54,790 bases of DNA, from contig JACAEJ010000048.1 in NCBI GenBank assembly GCA_013388925.1, positions 1 to 54,790 on the forward strand. The letters are read 5' to 3'. The DNA is from Nitrososphaerales archaeon. Its GTDB lineage: Archaea > Thermoproteota > Nitrososphaeria > Nitrososphaerales > JACAEJ01. Both the position numbers and the translations under genes were made by a program. Positions 19,434-28,319 of the stretch are shown in pieces. Below the pieces are notes generated by a model. The model saw only the letters and a list, made by a program, of their open reading frames with translations, did no database searches and had not been told where the DNA came from. Positions within the stretch are counted from its first letter, which is position 1. Each line of letters begins with the position of its first letter.

Positions 19434-19709
19434 ATGCAAAATACAAACACTATATTCATAGGACAAAAACCAGTCATGAACTATGTCTTGGCGTGCCTAA
19501 CACTCTTTCAGAATGGTAGTGATTCAGTCATAATCAAAGCAAGGGGCAGAGCCATAAGCAAGGCAGTCGATGTGGCTCAGATAGCCGTCAAGAGATTTGC
19601 CACAGGCATGGATGTGAAGAAGATAAACATAGACACAGAACAGGTCAAGAGCAACGAAACAGGTAACTTAAACAACGTCAGTTCTATAGAGATATATCTG
19701 GGCAAATAA
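19434..19709 (+). CDS. albA: DNA/RNA-binding protein Alba
   Basis: IG.KPVMNYVLA, KARGRAISKAVDVA, VSSIEI. Confidence 0.96.
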   Translation: MQNTNTIFIGQKPVMNYVLACLTLFQNGSDSVIIKARGRAISKAVDVAQIAVKRFATGMDVKKINIDTEQVKSNETGNLNNVSSIEIYLGK

Positions 19710-19854
19710 ACAAATACCCAGTGACACCAATTTTTTGTTTTAAAAGCAAAATGAGAACCTACTGTACGTCTGGAACAAATCGAAGTCTTCCAAAACTTTA
19801 ACCCAATAGAAAACCTATATACAAAGCAGTCTTTCGAATCATACTATAAGACTT

Positions 19855-20466
19855 GTGTCTGATGGAATGAAATTGATTACTGAGAAAGAAGTTTTGGAGA
19901 ATATAAAAGTCAAGATGATGAGTATAAGGGGAGTAGCAGGGGTTGCTGAGCTGAACGAAGAGCAGCGTGAGACTGTGGCGTGCCTAGAAGAGGAGTCCAT
20001 GAAGAACATATTGGCCGGTATGGGTCGTGGCAAGAACGAGGGAGTCAAAGAATCGCTTTCTCGAAATATTGCCATGGTCTTCTTCATGAACATAGACTTT
20101 GAGCTCCCCAAAGATGTTGACATGATGAAACTATATAGCGGAGGCGAGATGGTTGGAATGGCTTTGATGGATTCGAACAGGATCAAGGAATTCAAGAAGG
20201 ATAAGAATTATGTAGTAATTAGCGATTTTTTTGTCTTAAAGAAGGGCGCAAAGATCAACTCCAGTGCCTTTGCCAACGGAGAAGCGTACTTCGTCTTTAA
20301 TGGTATCCAAATCGATCAGTTTTCACGCATCCAAGAGCTACAGGAGCATGTTGTTTCAATCCCCTCACCACCAGTCTTCGACTTTTTGAAGGAGCAGTTT
20401 AGGGATAAGATAGACCTCTTCGACCCTCAACTAGGCGCACTTATCGTTGGCTTCAATCTGAGCTAA
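19855..20466 (+). CDS. Hypothetical archaeal protein
   Basis: 203-aa ORF co-oriented with the next gene; no function recognised. Confidence 0.7.
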   Translation: MSDGMKLITEKEVLENIKVKMMSIRGVAGVAELNEEQRETVACLEEESMKNILAGMGRGKNEGVKESLSRNIAMVFFMNIDFELPKDVDMMKLYSGGEMVGMALMDSNRIKEFKKDKNYVVISDFFVLKKGAKINSSAFANGEAYFVFNGIQIDQFSRIQELQEHVVSIPSPPVFDFLKEQFRDKIDLFDPQLGALIVGFNLS

Positions 20467-20478
20467 GAGGAGTACAGC

Positions 20479-21093
20479 ATGGTCGTCTGTTTGGTTTCAT
20501 GTGGTACTTTGGAGAAAGAGGTGCGGGCCTTAATAGACAAGGGTTCGTTGAAGGCTACGCCTTACTTCTTACCTGGAGAGCTTCACGCGGATTTTGGTAA
20601 ACTAAGAAAGGCGTTAGAAAGGCAGTTAGAGAAGTGCTCAAAGAAATGCCGTGAGGGCATAGTTGTCGTATACGGTGATGCTTGCCATCCAGAAATTCAA
20701 GAAATCGTTAAGAAGTACGGAGCGGTAAAGGTGGGGCCTGCTTTGAACTGTATTGAATGCCTTATGCGCAAAGAAGAACGCGAGATTCTGGACCCTGGGA
20801 AGAGCCTTGTTTATATGAGTGGAGGGTGGTTGAAATTGGGCAGGATTTTGTTTCAAGATCGCTGGGGGTGGAGTGCGGAAGAAGGCAAAAAGCAGTTCTC
20901 GAAGTGCAAGGGCGTAGTCTTTCTTGATAGTATGAGGAACTACAAAGAGCACAAAGAGGAAATACTGGAATTCTGTGATTATACGGGGCTACCCTTTCTC
21001 AAGAAGGTGGACGTTGGCCTCGAGAACCTTAGAAGGCTTTTACTCGAAGCAGAACAGAGGCTCAAAGACGAGAGGCGCGTCAAGAAAAGGTAG
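20479..21093 (+). CDS. DUF1638-domain protein
   Basis: SCGTLEKEV, LH....L...L, YGDACHP, NCIECL and Y...GW patterns. Confidence 0.8.
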   Translation: MVVCLVSCGTLEKEVRALIDKGSLKATPYFLPGELHADFGKLRKALERQLEKCSKKCREGIVVVYGDACHPEIQEIVKKYGAVKVGPALNCIECLMRKEEREILDPGKSLVYMSGGWLKLGRILFQDRWGWSAEEGKKQFSKCKGVVFLDSMRNYKEHKEEILEFCDYTGLPFLKKVDVGLENLRRLLLEAEQRLKDERRVKKR

Positions 21094-21157
21094 AACATTC
21101 ACCTCAAATTCTTATCCGTAAAGTAAATTTACCCACAGTTTTCTATTATATATTGAT

Positions 21158-21664
21158 TTGAGGACTCCCATCTGCTCTTTCTGTGCCAGAACGGGGATTC
21201 TGTGCCCGAAGTGTGAGGAAAAACTTAGAGGTGGGCATTTAAGCAAGGCAGATGTGGAAGTCTCCGTTCAGATAACGAAACTGTCCGAGAAGTTGCCCGA
21301 ACTCGATAAAATGACCCTGATTCGCGCTTTCGATGTGGATGAAGATTGCGTTCTTGTATTCAAAGCGGGCGACTTGGTCACCCTGAGGAGAGACCCTGAG
21401 ACAATAAAGAAGATCAAGTTAGGTTTGCAGAGGAAGGTGTGGCTTGTCGAAGGGGAAACATCGGACAGAAAAGTGATTGAGGATCTTTTTTACCCTATAA
21501 AAATAACAACGGTCAACATAGTGTGGCTTCCAGACGGGAGCAAGCTGACAAAGGCCATTGTACTTGGTAGGAAGACGGAAAGATTCCCCATAGATATAGA
21601 TCAGGTAAAGAGAGTTGCAAAGGAAGTCAGGAGGATAGACCTCTTAGTCGAGTTCGAGCGGTAA
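21158..21664 (+). CDS. NusA paralogue (NusA2-like, N-terminal Zn finger plus degenerate KH domains)
   Basis: PICSFCARTGILCPKCEEKL N-terminus; VNIVWLPDGS. Confidence 0.8.
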   Translation: MRTPICSFCARTGILCPKCEEKLRGGHLSKADVEVSVQITKLSEKLPELDKMTLIRAFDVDEDCVLVFKAGDLVTLRRDPETIKKIKLGLQRKVWLVEGETSDRKVIEDLFYPIKITTVNIVWLPDGSKLTKAIVLGRKTERFPIDIDQVKRVAKEVRRIDLLVEFER

Positions 21665-22968
21665 TGGGAGAGATAGAGGGAAGGGTTTTCGCATCAGAAC
21701 TGGACAAGAACCTTATAGGGAAGAAGGTTAGCATAGCGGGCTGGGTCGAAGACATAAGACCCCTTGGCTCTCTGATCTTCTTGACGGTAAGAGATGTCTC
21801 GGGTTTTGCCCAATCGGTCTTCGTAAAGGGCAACACTCCACCAGATGTATTCGCCTCTGTGAAGTCCATAGCTAGGCAGAGTGCCATTGTAATCCATGGC
21901 ACTGCAAAAGAGAGCAAAGCCAAAGACGTAAGGGTAGAGATTCAGGCAGATGGCATGGAGATACTGTCTTCAGCTACCCATCCCCTTCCCATAGATCCTA
22001 CAGGGAGGGTGGGCTCATCCTTGGAGCTAAGGCTAGATGCTAGGGCTCTGGATCTTCGCAATCCCTCCATAGCCGCTCTTTTCAAGATAAGGCACGTAGC
22101 TTTACAATCAGCTCGAAAGTCCCTCATCGAAGAAAAGTTCATCGAAGTCAACACGCCCAAGATCATAGGGCAGGCAGCCGAAGGAGGAGCCACTCTCTTC
22201 CCTCTCAGTTACTTTGGAAAGAAGGCTTTTCTTGCCCAGTCCCCACAATTGTACAAGGAACAACTGACTTTGTCCTTGGACAGGGTCTTCGAGATATCTG
22301 GCTACTTTAGGGCCGAGAAGTCTCACACAAGGAGGCACCTTAACGAGTTCATTAGCGTAGATATCGAATCGGCCTTCTCGAACAAAGAGGATGTCATGAA
22401 AGTATTGGAGAGACTCGTCAAGAATGCCATTGAGGGCGTCTTAGAGAAATGCAAGAACGAGCTAGGCGCCCTTAACATGAGATTGAGGTCCCCTGACATT
22501 CCCTTTGATAGGATTACCTATTCTGATGCTGTAGAGGAGCTGAAGAGGTCAAGCTCAAGAATAGACTTTGGAGACGATCTGGACACAAAAGCTTTGAGAA
22601 AGCTCAGCAAAAAGCATAGTGGTTTTTACTTTATCGTAGACTGGCCCACTACACTTAAGCCCTTTTACGTAGAGACCAAGGAAGGCAACAGTGATCTATC
22701 CGAATCCTTCGACCTAATGTATGGATATCTTGAGCTTGCATCGGGAGGAACAAGAGTCTCAGATAAAGCTAGATTGGAGAAGCGCCTACTGGATAGCGGG
22801 CTTGACCTTAGAAGCTTCTCGAGCCATTTAGAAGTCTTCTCATGGGGGATGCCTCCTCATGCTGGTTGGGGCTTGGGCTTAGATAGATTTATGATGGTTC
22901 TGACAGGGATGAAGAACATAAGGGAGGTAGTGTTATACCCAAGGGACAGGTTCAGACTGAGCCCTTGA
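21664..22968 (+). CDS. aspS: Aspartate--tRNA(Asp/Asn) ligase, archaeal type
   Basis: OB-fold anticodon domain, AEGGATLF, LAQSPQLYKE, FRAEKSHTRRHLNEF, GMPPHAGWGLGLDR. Confidence 0.96.
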   Translation: MGEIEGRVFASELDKNLIGKKVSIAGWVEDIRPLGSLIFLTVRDVSGFAQSVFVKGNTPPDVFASVKSIARQSAIVIHGTAKESKAKDVRVEIQADGMEILSSATHPLPIDPTGRVGSSLELRLDARALDLRNPSIAALFKIRHVALQSARKSLIEEKFIEVNTPKIIGQAAEGGATLFPLSYFGKKAFLAQSPQLYKEQLTLSLDRVFEISGYFRAEKSHTRRHLNEFISVDIESAFSNKEDVMKVLERLVKNAIEGVLEKCKNELGALNMRLRSPDIPFDRITYSDAVEELKRSSSRIDFGDDLDTKALRKLSKKHSGFYFIVDWPTTLKPFYVETKEGNSDLSESFDLMYGYLELASGGTRVSDKARLEKRLLDSGLDLRSFSSHLEVFSWGMPPHAGWGLGLDRFMMVLTGMKNIREVVLYPRDRFRLSP

Positions 22969-22978
22969 AGATTATTTC

Positions 22979-24184
22979 CTATAAAGCCTTGAAATTTTCG
23001 CTCCAAGTTATGTAAGCTTTAATCATACTGCCGGATACACTCGGCCTCCTTGCCTTAAGAATTTCTTTGAAATCATTTTGAGTTATCTCCCTTGGTTGCA
23101 AGGATTTGTCGAAGGCTCCACCTCCATCAAAGAGTTCTGAGACCACTCTTATCTGGACGGCTTGGCATATGTCCCGAACGTCGCTACCAGAATAGCCTTC
23201 GGTCATCCTTGCAAGCTCCATCAGGTTGACGCTTGGATCAAGTTTTAGAGGCGATGTGTAGAGCTTCAACATATCCATCCTCGAATTCAAGGATGGCAGA
23301 GGCACATAGATCCTCTTTTGAAACCTTCTCAAGAATGGCCAATCGAGGGACCAAGGCTTGTTAGTAGCCCCAATGACGTACAGGTGTATGTCCTTGCCCT
23401 TGTCAACTATGCCGTCCATCTCCTTGAGAAACTGGTTCCTGACCCGAATCTCTCCTCCTACCTCTTGAGACCTAGACCCGAGCATTGAATCCAATTCGTC
23501 TATGAAGATCGTCACACAATTGCCTCCCTCTAGCATGCCCCTCGCAGAGTTGAAGAGCCTTGCTACATTCTTCTCAGCCTCTCCGAGCCATTTTGACATT
23601 ATAGTTGCAGCATCGACTGTTACGAAGCTGCTATTTATTTCCGAGGCCGTAGCCGCCGCCAGCATCGTCTTACCACAACCAGGGGGGCCATAGAGCAGTA
23701 TTCCACGGGGCCATCCCAGAGGAAAGAGGTCTGGCCTCTGGACAGGGAATACTATAGACTCCCTTAGGGCCTTCTTGGCATCGTTCAGGCCTATTACTTC
23801 GTCCCACTTTACGTTGGGCTTCTCCTTTAACACCAGATCGTCGTAAGATGCCTTTAGAGATTCGACCATCCTAGGTGAGTGGCTAGAAATGGTTGGAGCA
23901 CCCTCGGGCCTTCTGCTAGCTTCTGCTTGATATTCATCTTGGTGTATGATGCCATGAGCCGATTGGAGGGCCTTGATTCTTTCTTGGTAGGCCATAGCCC
24001 TCTCCAGATAGAGCTTGTTCAGCTTGTACTCGGGATAGAGCTGGGCCAGCTTGATTAGGGTCGATATGGCCCTTTGATACATGACTATTGCCATGCCATG
24101 GGCGCCCTGAGAGTCGAGGCGAATGGCCTCTGAGGCGTACTTGCCTGCCGAGTCTTCCAGTTCTTTGGCGACAACCATGCTCAA
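22979..24184 (-). CDS. cdvC: Vps4/CdvC AAA+ ATPase with N-terminal MIT domain
   Basis: MIT helices; LGWPRGILLYGPPGCGKT, IFIDELD, GATNKPW, RRFQKRIYVPLP. Confidence 0.95.
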   Translation of the reverse strand: MSMVVAKELEDSAGKYASEAIRLDSQGAHGMAIVMYQRAISTLIKLAQLYPEYKLNKLYLERAMAYQERIKALQSAHGIIHQDEYQAEASRRPEGAPTISSHSPRMVESLKASYDDLVLKEKPNVKWDEVIGLNDAKKALRESIVFPVQRPDLFPLGWPRGILLYGPPGCGKTMLAAATASEINSSFVTVDAATIMSKWLGEAEKNVARLFNSARGMLEGGNCVTIFIDELDSMLGSRSQEVGGEIRVRNQFLKEMDGIVDKGKDIHLYVIGATNKPWSLDWPFLRRFQKRIYVPLPSLNSRMDMLKLYTSPLKLDPSVNLMELARMTEGYSGSDVRDICQAVQIRVVSELFDGGGAFDKSLQPREITQNDFKEILKARRPSVSGSMIKAYITWSENFKAL

Positions 24185-24194
24185 TTTCTCTCAC

Positions 24195-24980
24195 TCAAGC
24201 CTTCCTATCTTCAGTGAGGAGCCGCAGAATCGATCGTTTTACCTCGTCCATGGGTATGTTTAGCAAAGTCGAAACTTCTGAAAAGCTAAATTCGCCCTTG
24301 CGATTTCGAATGTAATCCATTATGGCTTCATCGATATTCGAATGGTTTAACAATTCTGGCTCATCTATGGCCTCACCCGTCGCCAATACTGTCACCCTCT
24401 TCTCTGCCTCATAGTCCCTCGATAGAATGGGCTCAGAGATTTCTTCTTCCATAGCCTTCTCTTCCACGTATCTTATGGCTCTCTCGACTATGTCAGTCCC
24501 ATCCTTCGTTTCGATGTTTATATCTATTGGTGTTGGGATGCCCTTCAGTTCGACTAGAGTCGTGTTCATGGTTGAATTGAAATCGTCTACAATACCCTCA
24601 AGGCTAGGTCTCAATTTTGACATAGAGCTACTTATCTCCTTCATGATCTTCAATGCAGAGCTCAGATGGTGTATAATCTCTCCTATATCCTTCAAAGTAC
24701 CCAGCCTTATCGTGACCTGAGTAAGTGTCAACTCGCTCGCAGCAACTGTCTGAATGGCGCTCCTTAATTCTGAGCATTCTTCATCGTAAATCTTGGCTAT
24801 GCTTCTGTCTTTGCCACACTCCCTTGTAGCCATAATCTGAAGGTCTTCATAGCGTCTTTCAAGTCTCTCCCTTATGCCCTTAAGGGTTATCTTATGAATT
24901 TCTAATCTCTTTATAGCAAGAGATAACCTGTCCTTTGTCTCATCCTTGCCATCATTCATAAGAGATCTGAAGGGGTTCAA
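24195..24980 (-). CDS. cdvB: ESCRT-III (CdvB-like, Snf7 domain) with a C-terminal winged-helix
   Basis: Snf7-like helical core (ELTLTQVTIRLGTLKDIGE); C-terminal IMDYIRNRKGEFSFSEVSTLLNIPMDEVKRSILRL wH pattern; directly upstream of cdvC. Confidence 0.75.
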   Translation of the reverse strand: MNPFRSLMNDGKDETKDRLSLAIKRLEIHKITLKGIRERLERRYEDLQIMATRECGKDRSIAKIYDEECSELRSAIQTVAASELTLTQVTIRLGTLKDIGEIIHHLSSALKIMKEISSSMSKLRPSLEGIVDDFNSTMNTTLVELKGIPTPIDINIETKDGTDIVERAIRYVEEKAMEEEISEPILSRDYEAEKRVTVLATGEAIDEPELLNHSNIDEAIMDYIRNRKGEFSFSEVSTLLNIPMDEVKRSILRLLTEDRKA

Positions 24981-25075
24981 AAAACCCGCCCCAGCTATCT
25001 AGCGCAAGGGGTTCTAGAGGAACATTTATCGAACCGATGGTTGTTCCTTAATTTCAAAAGAAAATAAAGAGTGTA

Positions 25076-25145
25076 GACAGCCACCGCTCCTCGGTCGTCT
25101 TCAGAAATACTAGGCTTCCTGAACATTACGGGAGCCATGGCTGTC
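25076..25145 (-). ncRNA. Long imperfect RNA hairpin in the 3' region of the upstream ESCRT-III gene, followed by UACA and a U-rich tract
   Basis: Minus-strand pairing: GACAGCCAU/GUGGCUGUC, GCUCC/GGAGC, CG/CG, UUCAGGAA/UUUCUGAA. G-U pairs favour the minus (sense) strand. Confidence 0.5.
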
Positions 25146-25166
25146 ATTTCCTATTTTCGTGTCCGA

Positions 25167-25817
25167 TCATCCTATGTCTTCTGTAGTTGGGATTTTTTCG
25201 TCTATTGGTAGCTCTGGGAACTTGTCTTTCATCCTCTGCTCTGCAACGGCTGATGCTTCTGCAAGGATCTTCTCTGCGTCCTCGTTGGCCGCTTCGAAGT
25301 TGAGAGTGTAACCTCCTAACTGTCCAGCATCGACGAGGATGCTGCTGAGTAGGCCGCTGATCTCTCCTATTTCATGGTCTGCTTCAGGTAACACGCTTAC
25401 GAGCCCTGCCTTCACGTTCCTTATTACCGCCATTGCTGGAGTTAGCGTAACGACTATATCGCCGAGCTCTTGAACTGTATTCAAGCGCAAAACTATCTGC
25501 TCGAGGGCGATCTTGGCCTGTGTGACCATTTTGCCCATCTTTCTTATTTCGGCGAGCTCGTTAGCAAACACTGATGCATGTGGCATATCGTGCTTTTGGA
25601 TGGCTGAGACCACTTTGTTGAATATGAGGTTATCTCTTTCTCTTAGCCTGTTTGTAGTGGAATCGAGCTTTGAGACTTGGACCTGAATCTGCCTTATCGC
25701 AGACTCTAGCCTTGGCTTTAGAGGGCCTGCAGGCCTTATGGTTTCCTTGATCTTCTCACCGACGGTTGGCATCGATGACTTTGACCATTTGTCGGCAAAT
25801 TGAGACATGTTTAGCAC
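25167..25817 (-). CDS. ESCRT-III/Snf7-family CdvB paralogue
   Basis: FANELAEIRKM, ALEQIVLRLNTVQELGDIVVTL.P; C-terminal KFPELP MIM2-like motif. Confidence 0.9.
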   Translation of the reverse strand: MLNMSQFADKWSKSSMPTVGEKIKETIRPAGPLKPRLESAIRQIQVQVSKLDSTTNRLRERDNLIFNKVVSAIQKHDMPHASVFANELAEIRKMGKMVTQAKIALEQIVLRLNTVQELGDIVVTLTPAMAVIRNVKAGLVSVLPEADHEIGEISGLLSSILVDAGQLGGYTLNFEAANEDAEKILAEASAVAEQRMKDKFPELPIDEKIPTTEDIG

Positions 25818-25962
25818 CCTTGAAAAGTAGTGGGAGGGATGAGCGATAAGAGAGTGGGTTTAGAATACTTTATAAAAAACTCAAATTTTGCAACAACTGA
25901 TTTTACACTCTAGAAGGCAAGGTTAACCCTTAAAGCCCATGATCATAAATTAGGTACAAGAT

Positions 25963-26991
25963 ATGGACTACGAAGCCCCTATTCACATCGCTTGGCAGTG
26001 TACCGGAGCCTGCAACCTTCAATGTATACATTGCTATGCAGATGCTGGTAAATCCTTAGAAGATGAACTGGATACCAAAGAGGCAAAGGAGCTCATAGAA
26101 TCTGTCTCGAATTTGGGAGCCAAGAGCATGGTATTTTCAGGAGGAGAGCCCCTTGCCAGGCAAGATATATTCGAGCTGATGAATCATGCAAAGGATGTGG
26201 GGCTGACCCCGATTATAGCCACGAATGGTACCTTAATAGACCGAAGGGCCGCTCGCTCTCTAAAAGACGTCAAAGCAGCGGTGGCCATAAACATGCCAGC
26301 TCTAGATGGGAGGGTTAACGATGCCTTCACCAAGACCACCAATTCTCAAAGGGCCAAGATGGAGGGCTTGGCCAACTGTTTAAAGGAGAGGGTTCCTTTG
26401 AGCCTCGGCGTCGCAGTTATAAATCTAAACATCGATGAGCTATCCAAGATCGTCGACTTCTCGTACCGAATAAGGGTCAACTGTGACATTCTGGCTACAA
26501 TCCCTGTAGGAAGGGCCTCTCTTAGCATATTGCCATCTCCAATGATGTACGAGGAGAAATTGCACCAGATTCTGCGAGATTATTCTGCAGTTCCTATGAA
26601 CGTTATCGATCAGGGCTCTGGAACAAGGGTTTCGGTCTACGAACCTATTTATTCGAAGATCATGGTAGAGGAAGGGCTTAAGAGCCCGCCCAGACTTTGT
26701 ACCATAGGCAAGCTTATGCACGTGATGGAGAACGGAACAGTCAGAACCTGTGTCCACTTGCCAATCAGCTCTGGCAACGTGAGGAGAAAGAGCTTAGAAG
26801 AGATATGGAAGTCCATACACAGATCGAGGCTCTTTTCAAGGTTGAGAGACCCAGACTCCTTGAAAGGTCTATGTGGAAAGTGTGATCATAAGCATATATG
26901 TGGAGGGTGTAGAGCCAGAGCCCACGCTGTTACTGGCGATCTTTACGCTCAGGATCCCATTTGCTCAAAGACCTCAAAGGAGCCAAGGTGA
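25963..26991 (+). CDS. Radical SAM/SPASM protein (NirJ/Ahb/PqqE-like)
   Basis: CNLQCIHC, SGGEPL, C-terminal CGKCDHKHICGGCRARA....GD....DP.C. Confidence 0.88.
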   Translation: MDYEAPIHIAWQCTGACNLQCIHCYADAGKSLEDELDTKEAKELIESVSNLGAKSMVFSGGEPLARQDIFELMNHAKDVGLTPIIATNGTLIDRRAARSLKDVKAAVAINMPALDGRVNDAFTKTTNSQRAKMEGLANCLKERVPLSLGVAVINLNIDELSKIVDFSYRIRVNCDILATIPVGRASLSILPSPMMYEEKLHQILRDYSAVPMNVIDQGSGTRVSVYEPIYSKIMVEEGLKSPPRLCTIGKLMHVMENGTVRTCVHLPISSGNVRRKSLEEIWKSIHRSRLFSRLRDPDSLKGLCGKCDHKHICGGCRARAHAVTGDLYAQDPICSKTSKEPR

Positions 26992-27061
26992 GATCATCGA
27001 TAAAGGATGAGTTTGTTGGGACAATCTCTTTCCTAAAATATCTTTATGAAAAATTAGCTTC

Positions 27062-27709
27062 CTACCTCTTCTGGAATCTCACAGTATAGTTGAAAAATCT
27101 TCCCTCACTCTTCTCGAAGAAAAAGCCAGCTCTTTCACACCTCCTTCTTACAGTCCTCTTCAAAGGATAGTCAGGGTCTAATAGAAACTCACTTATTGAT
27201 AAGATACCATTCTTCTTCAACACTCTGTGCACTTCTCTTAACGCTCTATCTTTATCTGGAATCTCTTCCAAAACCGATATCATATACACTAGATCTAGAG
27301 AATCGTCAGGAAATGGTAGATCATATGCGCCAGCAACTTTTGGTACAACGTTAACAATGTCATTATTTTCTTTTCGCTCTAACTTCTTTTCTAGTTTTTC
27401 TATCATCTTCTTTTGAATATCGATTGCGTAGACTTTGCCATCCTTTCCTACGGATCTTGCAACATCTATAGTGTAGGTACCGGGACCACACCCAAGGTCC
27501 ATGACTGTCATACCCTCTCTTATTCCACTTCCTTTAATTATTCCATCTGGGGGTTGCACCGTCTTCCTGAGCCTACTATCTAGAAAGGAGCCTATGAAAG
27601 ATGGTGCAGGGAACTTGTAGAACCTTCTTACTATTCTTAATGCTATGACATACAGTACTATGAATAATCCCAAATATAGCAAGATATCTTTGATCATAGC
27701 ATCGTTCAT
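27062..27709 (-). CDS. Class I SAM-dependent methyltransferase with an N-terminal TM anchor
   Basis: MDLGCGPG, AIDIQ, LPFPDDSLD, LREVHRVLKKNG. Confidence 0.9.
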   Translation of the reverse strand: MNDAMIKDILLYLGLFIVLYVIALRIVRRFYKFPAPSFIGSFLDSRLRKTVQPPDGIIKGSGIREGMTVMDLGCGPGTYTIDVARSVGKDGKVYAIDIQKKMIEKLEKKLERKENNDIVNVVPKVAGAYDLPFPDDSLDLVYMISVLEEIPDKDRALREVHRVLKKNGILSISEFLLDPDYPLKRTVRRRCERAGFFFEKSEGRFFNYTVRFQKR

Positions 27710-27791
27710 AAGTTCGAGCCCAAAAACTTAAGCCTTTACTCAGCATTTTCTATAGTTCACTTAATGAAAAACTTCAATTTTATCTATGGTG

Positions 27792-28235
27792 CTATTGAGT
27801 AATTATGTGTATATTTTCTATCTGAAAGTACCTCTTGGCGAGTAGCCTTACTTTTTCAGCGTTCTTTCCACCCTTCCCAACGGCAGCCCCCTTGTCCTTC
27901 TGATCTACTACTATGACGCCTATCTTTGTTCCATCCAGCTTCTCCGTAAGCCTTACATCGTTGATACGCTTTATGTTGATGGCGTTGCTCAGGAACTCCT
28001 TTGGATCCTCGGAATACTCAACCAACTCTACAGGTTTGCCTATTAGTTTCTCTACGGTCTTTATAGCGTGGCCTCCCCGGCCTATGGCCAGACCCATCTC
28101 CCCTTTGTTCACCACAAATATGATCCTATTCATCTTGTTGTCTATGATGCAGTCTTTAGAGGTTGCACCGCTTATTCTCTGGAAGAGGGATATGAGGCCC
28201 AATTCTTCAGAGGTTAATTTGATTTTTTCCATCAT
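27792..28235 (-). CDS. nusA: Archaeal NusA (two KH domains)
   Basis: GLAIGRGG and GAAVGKGGKN GxxG loops; follows rpl30e. Confidence 0.95.
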   Translation of the reverse strand: MMEKIKLTSEELGLISLFQRISGATSKDCIIDNKMNRIIFVVNKGEMGLAIGRGGHAIKTVEKLIGKPVELVEYSEDPKEFLSNAINIKRINDVRLTEKLDGTKIGVIVVDQKDKGAAVGKGGKNAEKVRLLAKRYFQIENIHIITQ

Positions 28236-28319
28236 TTTGAGCGCCCCGTGAAACTAAGACGACGCCACTCAAGTATCAACGGGTGAATTTAAGTTTATTC
28301 ATCAGAAGTTCCTTTAATC

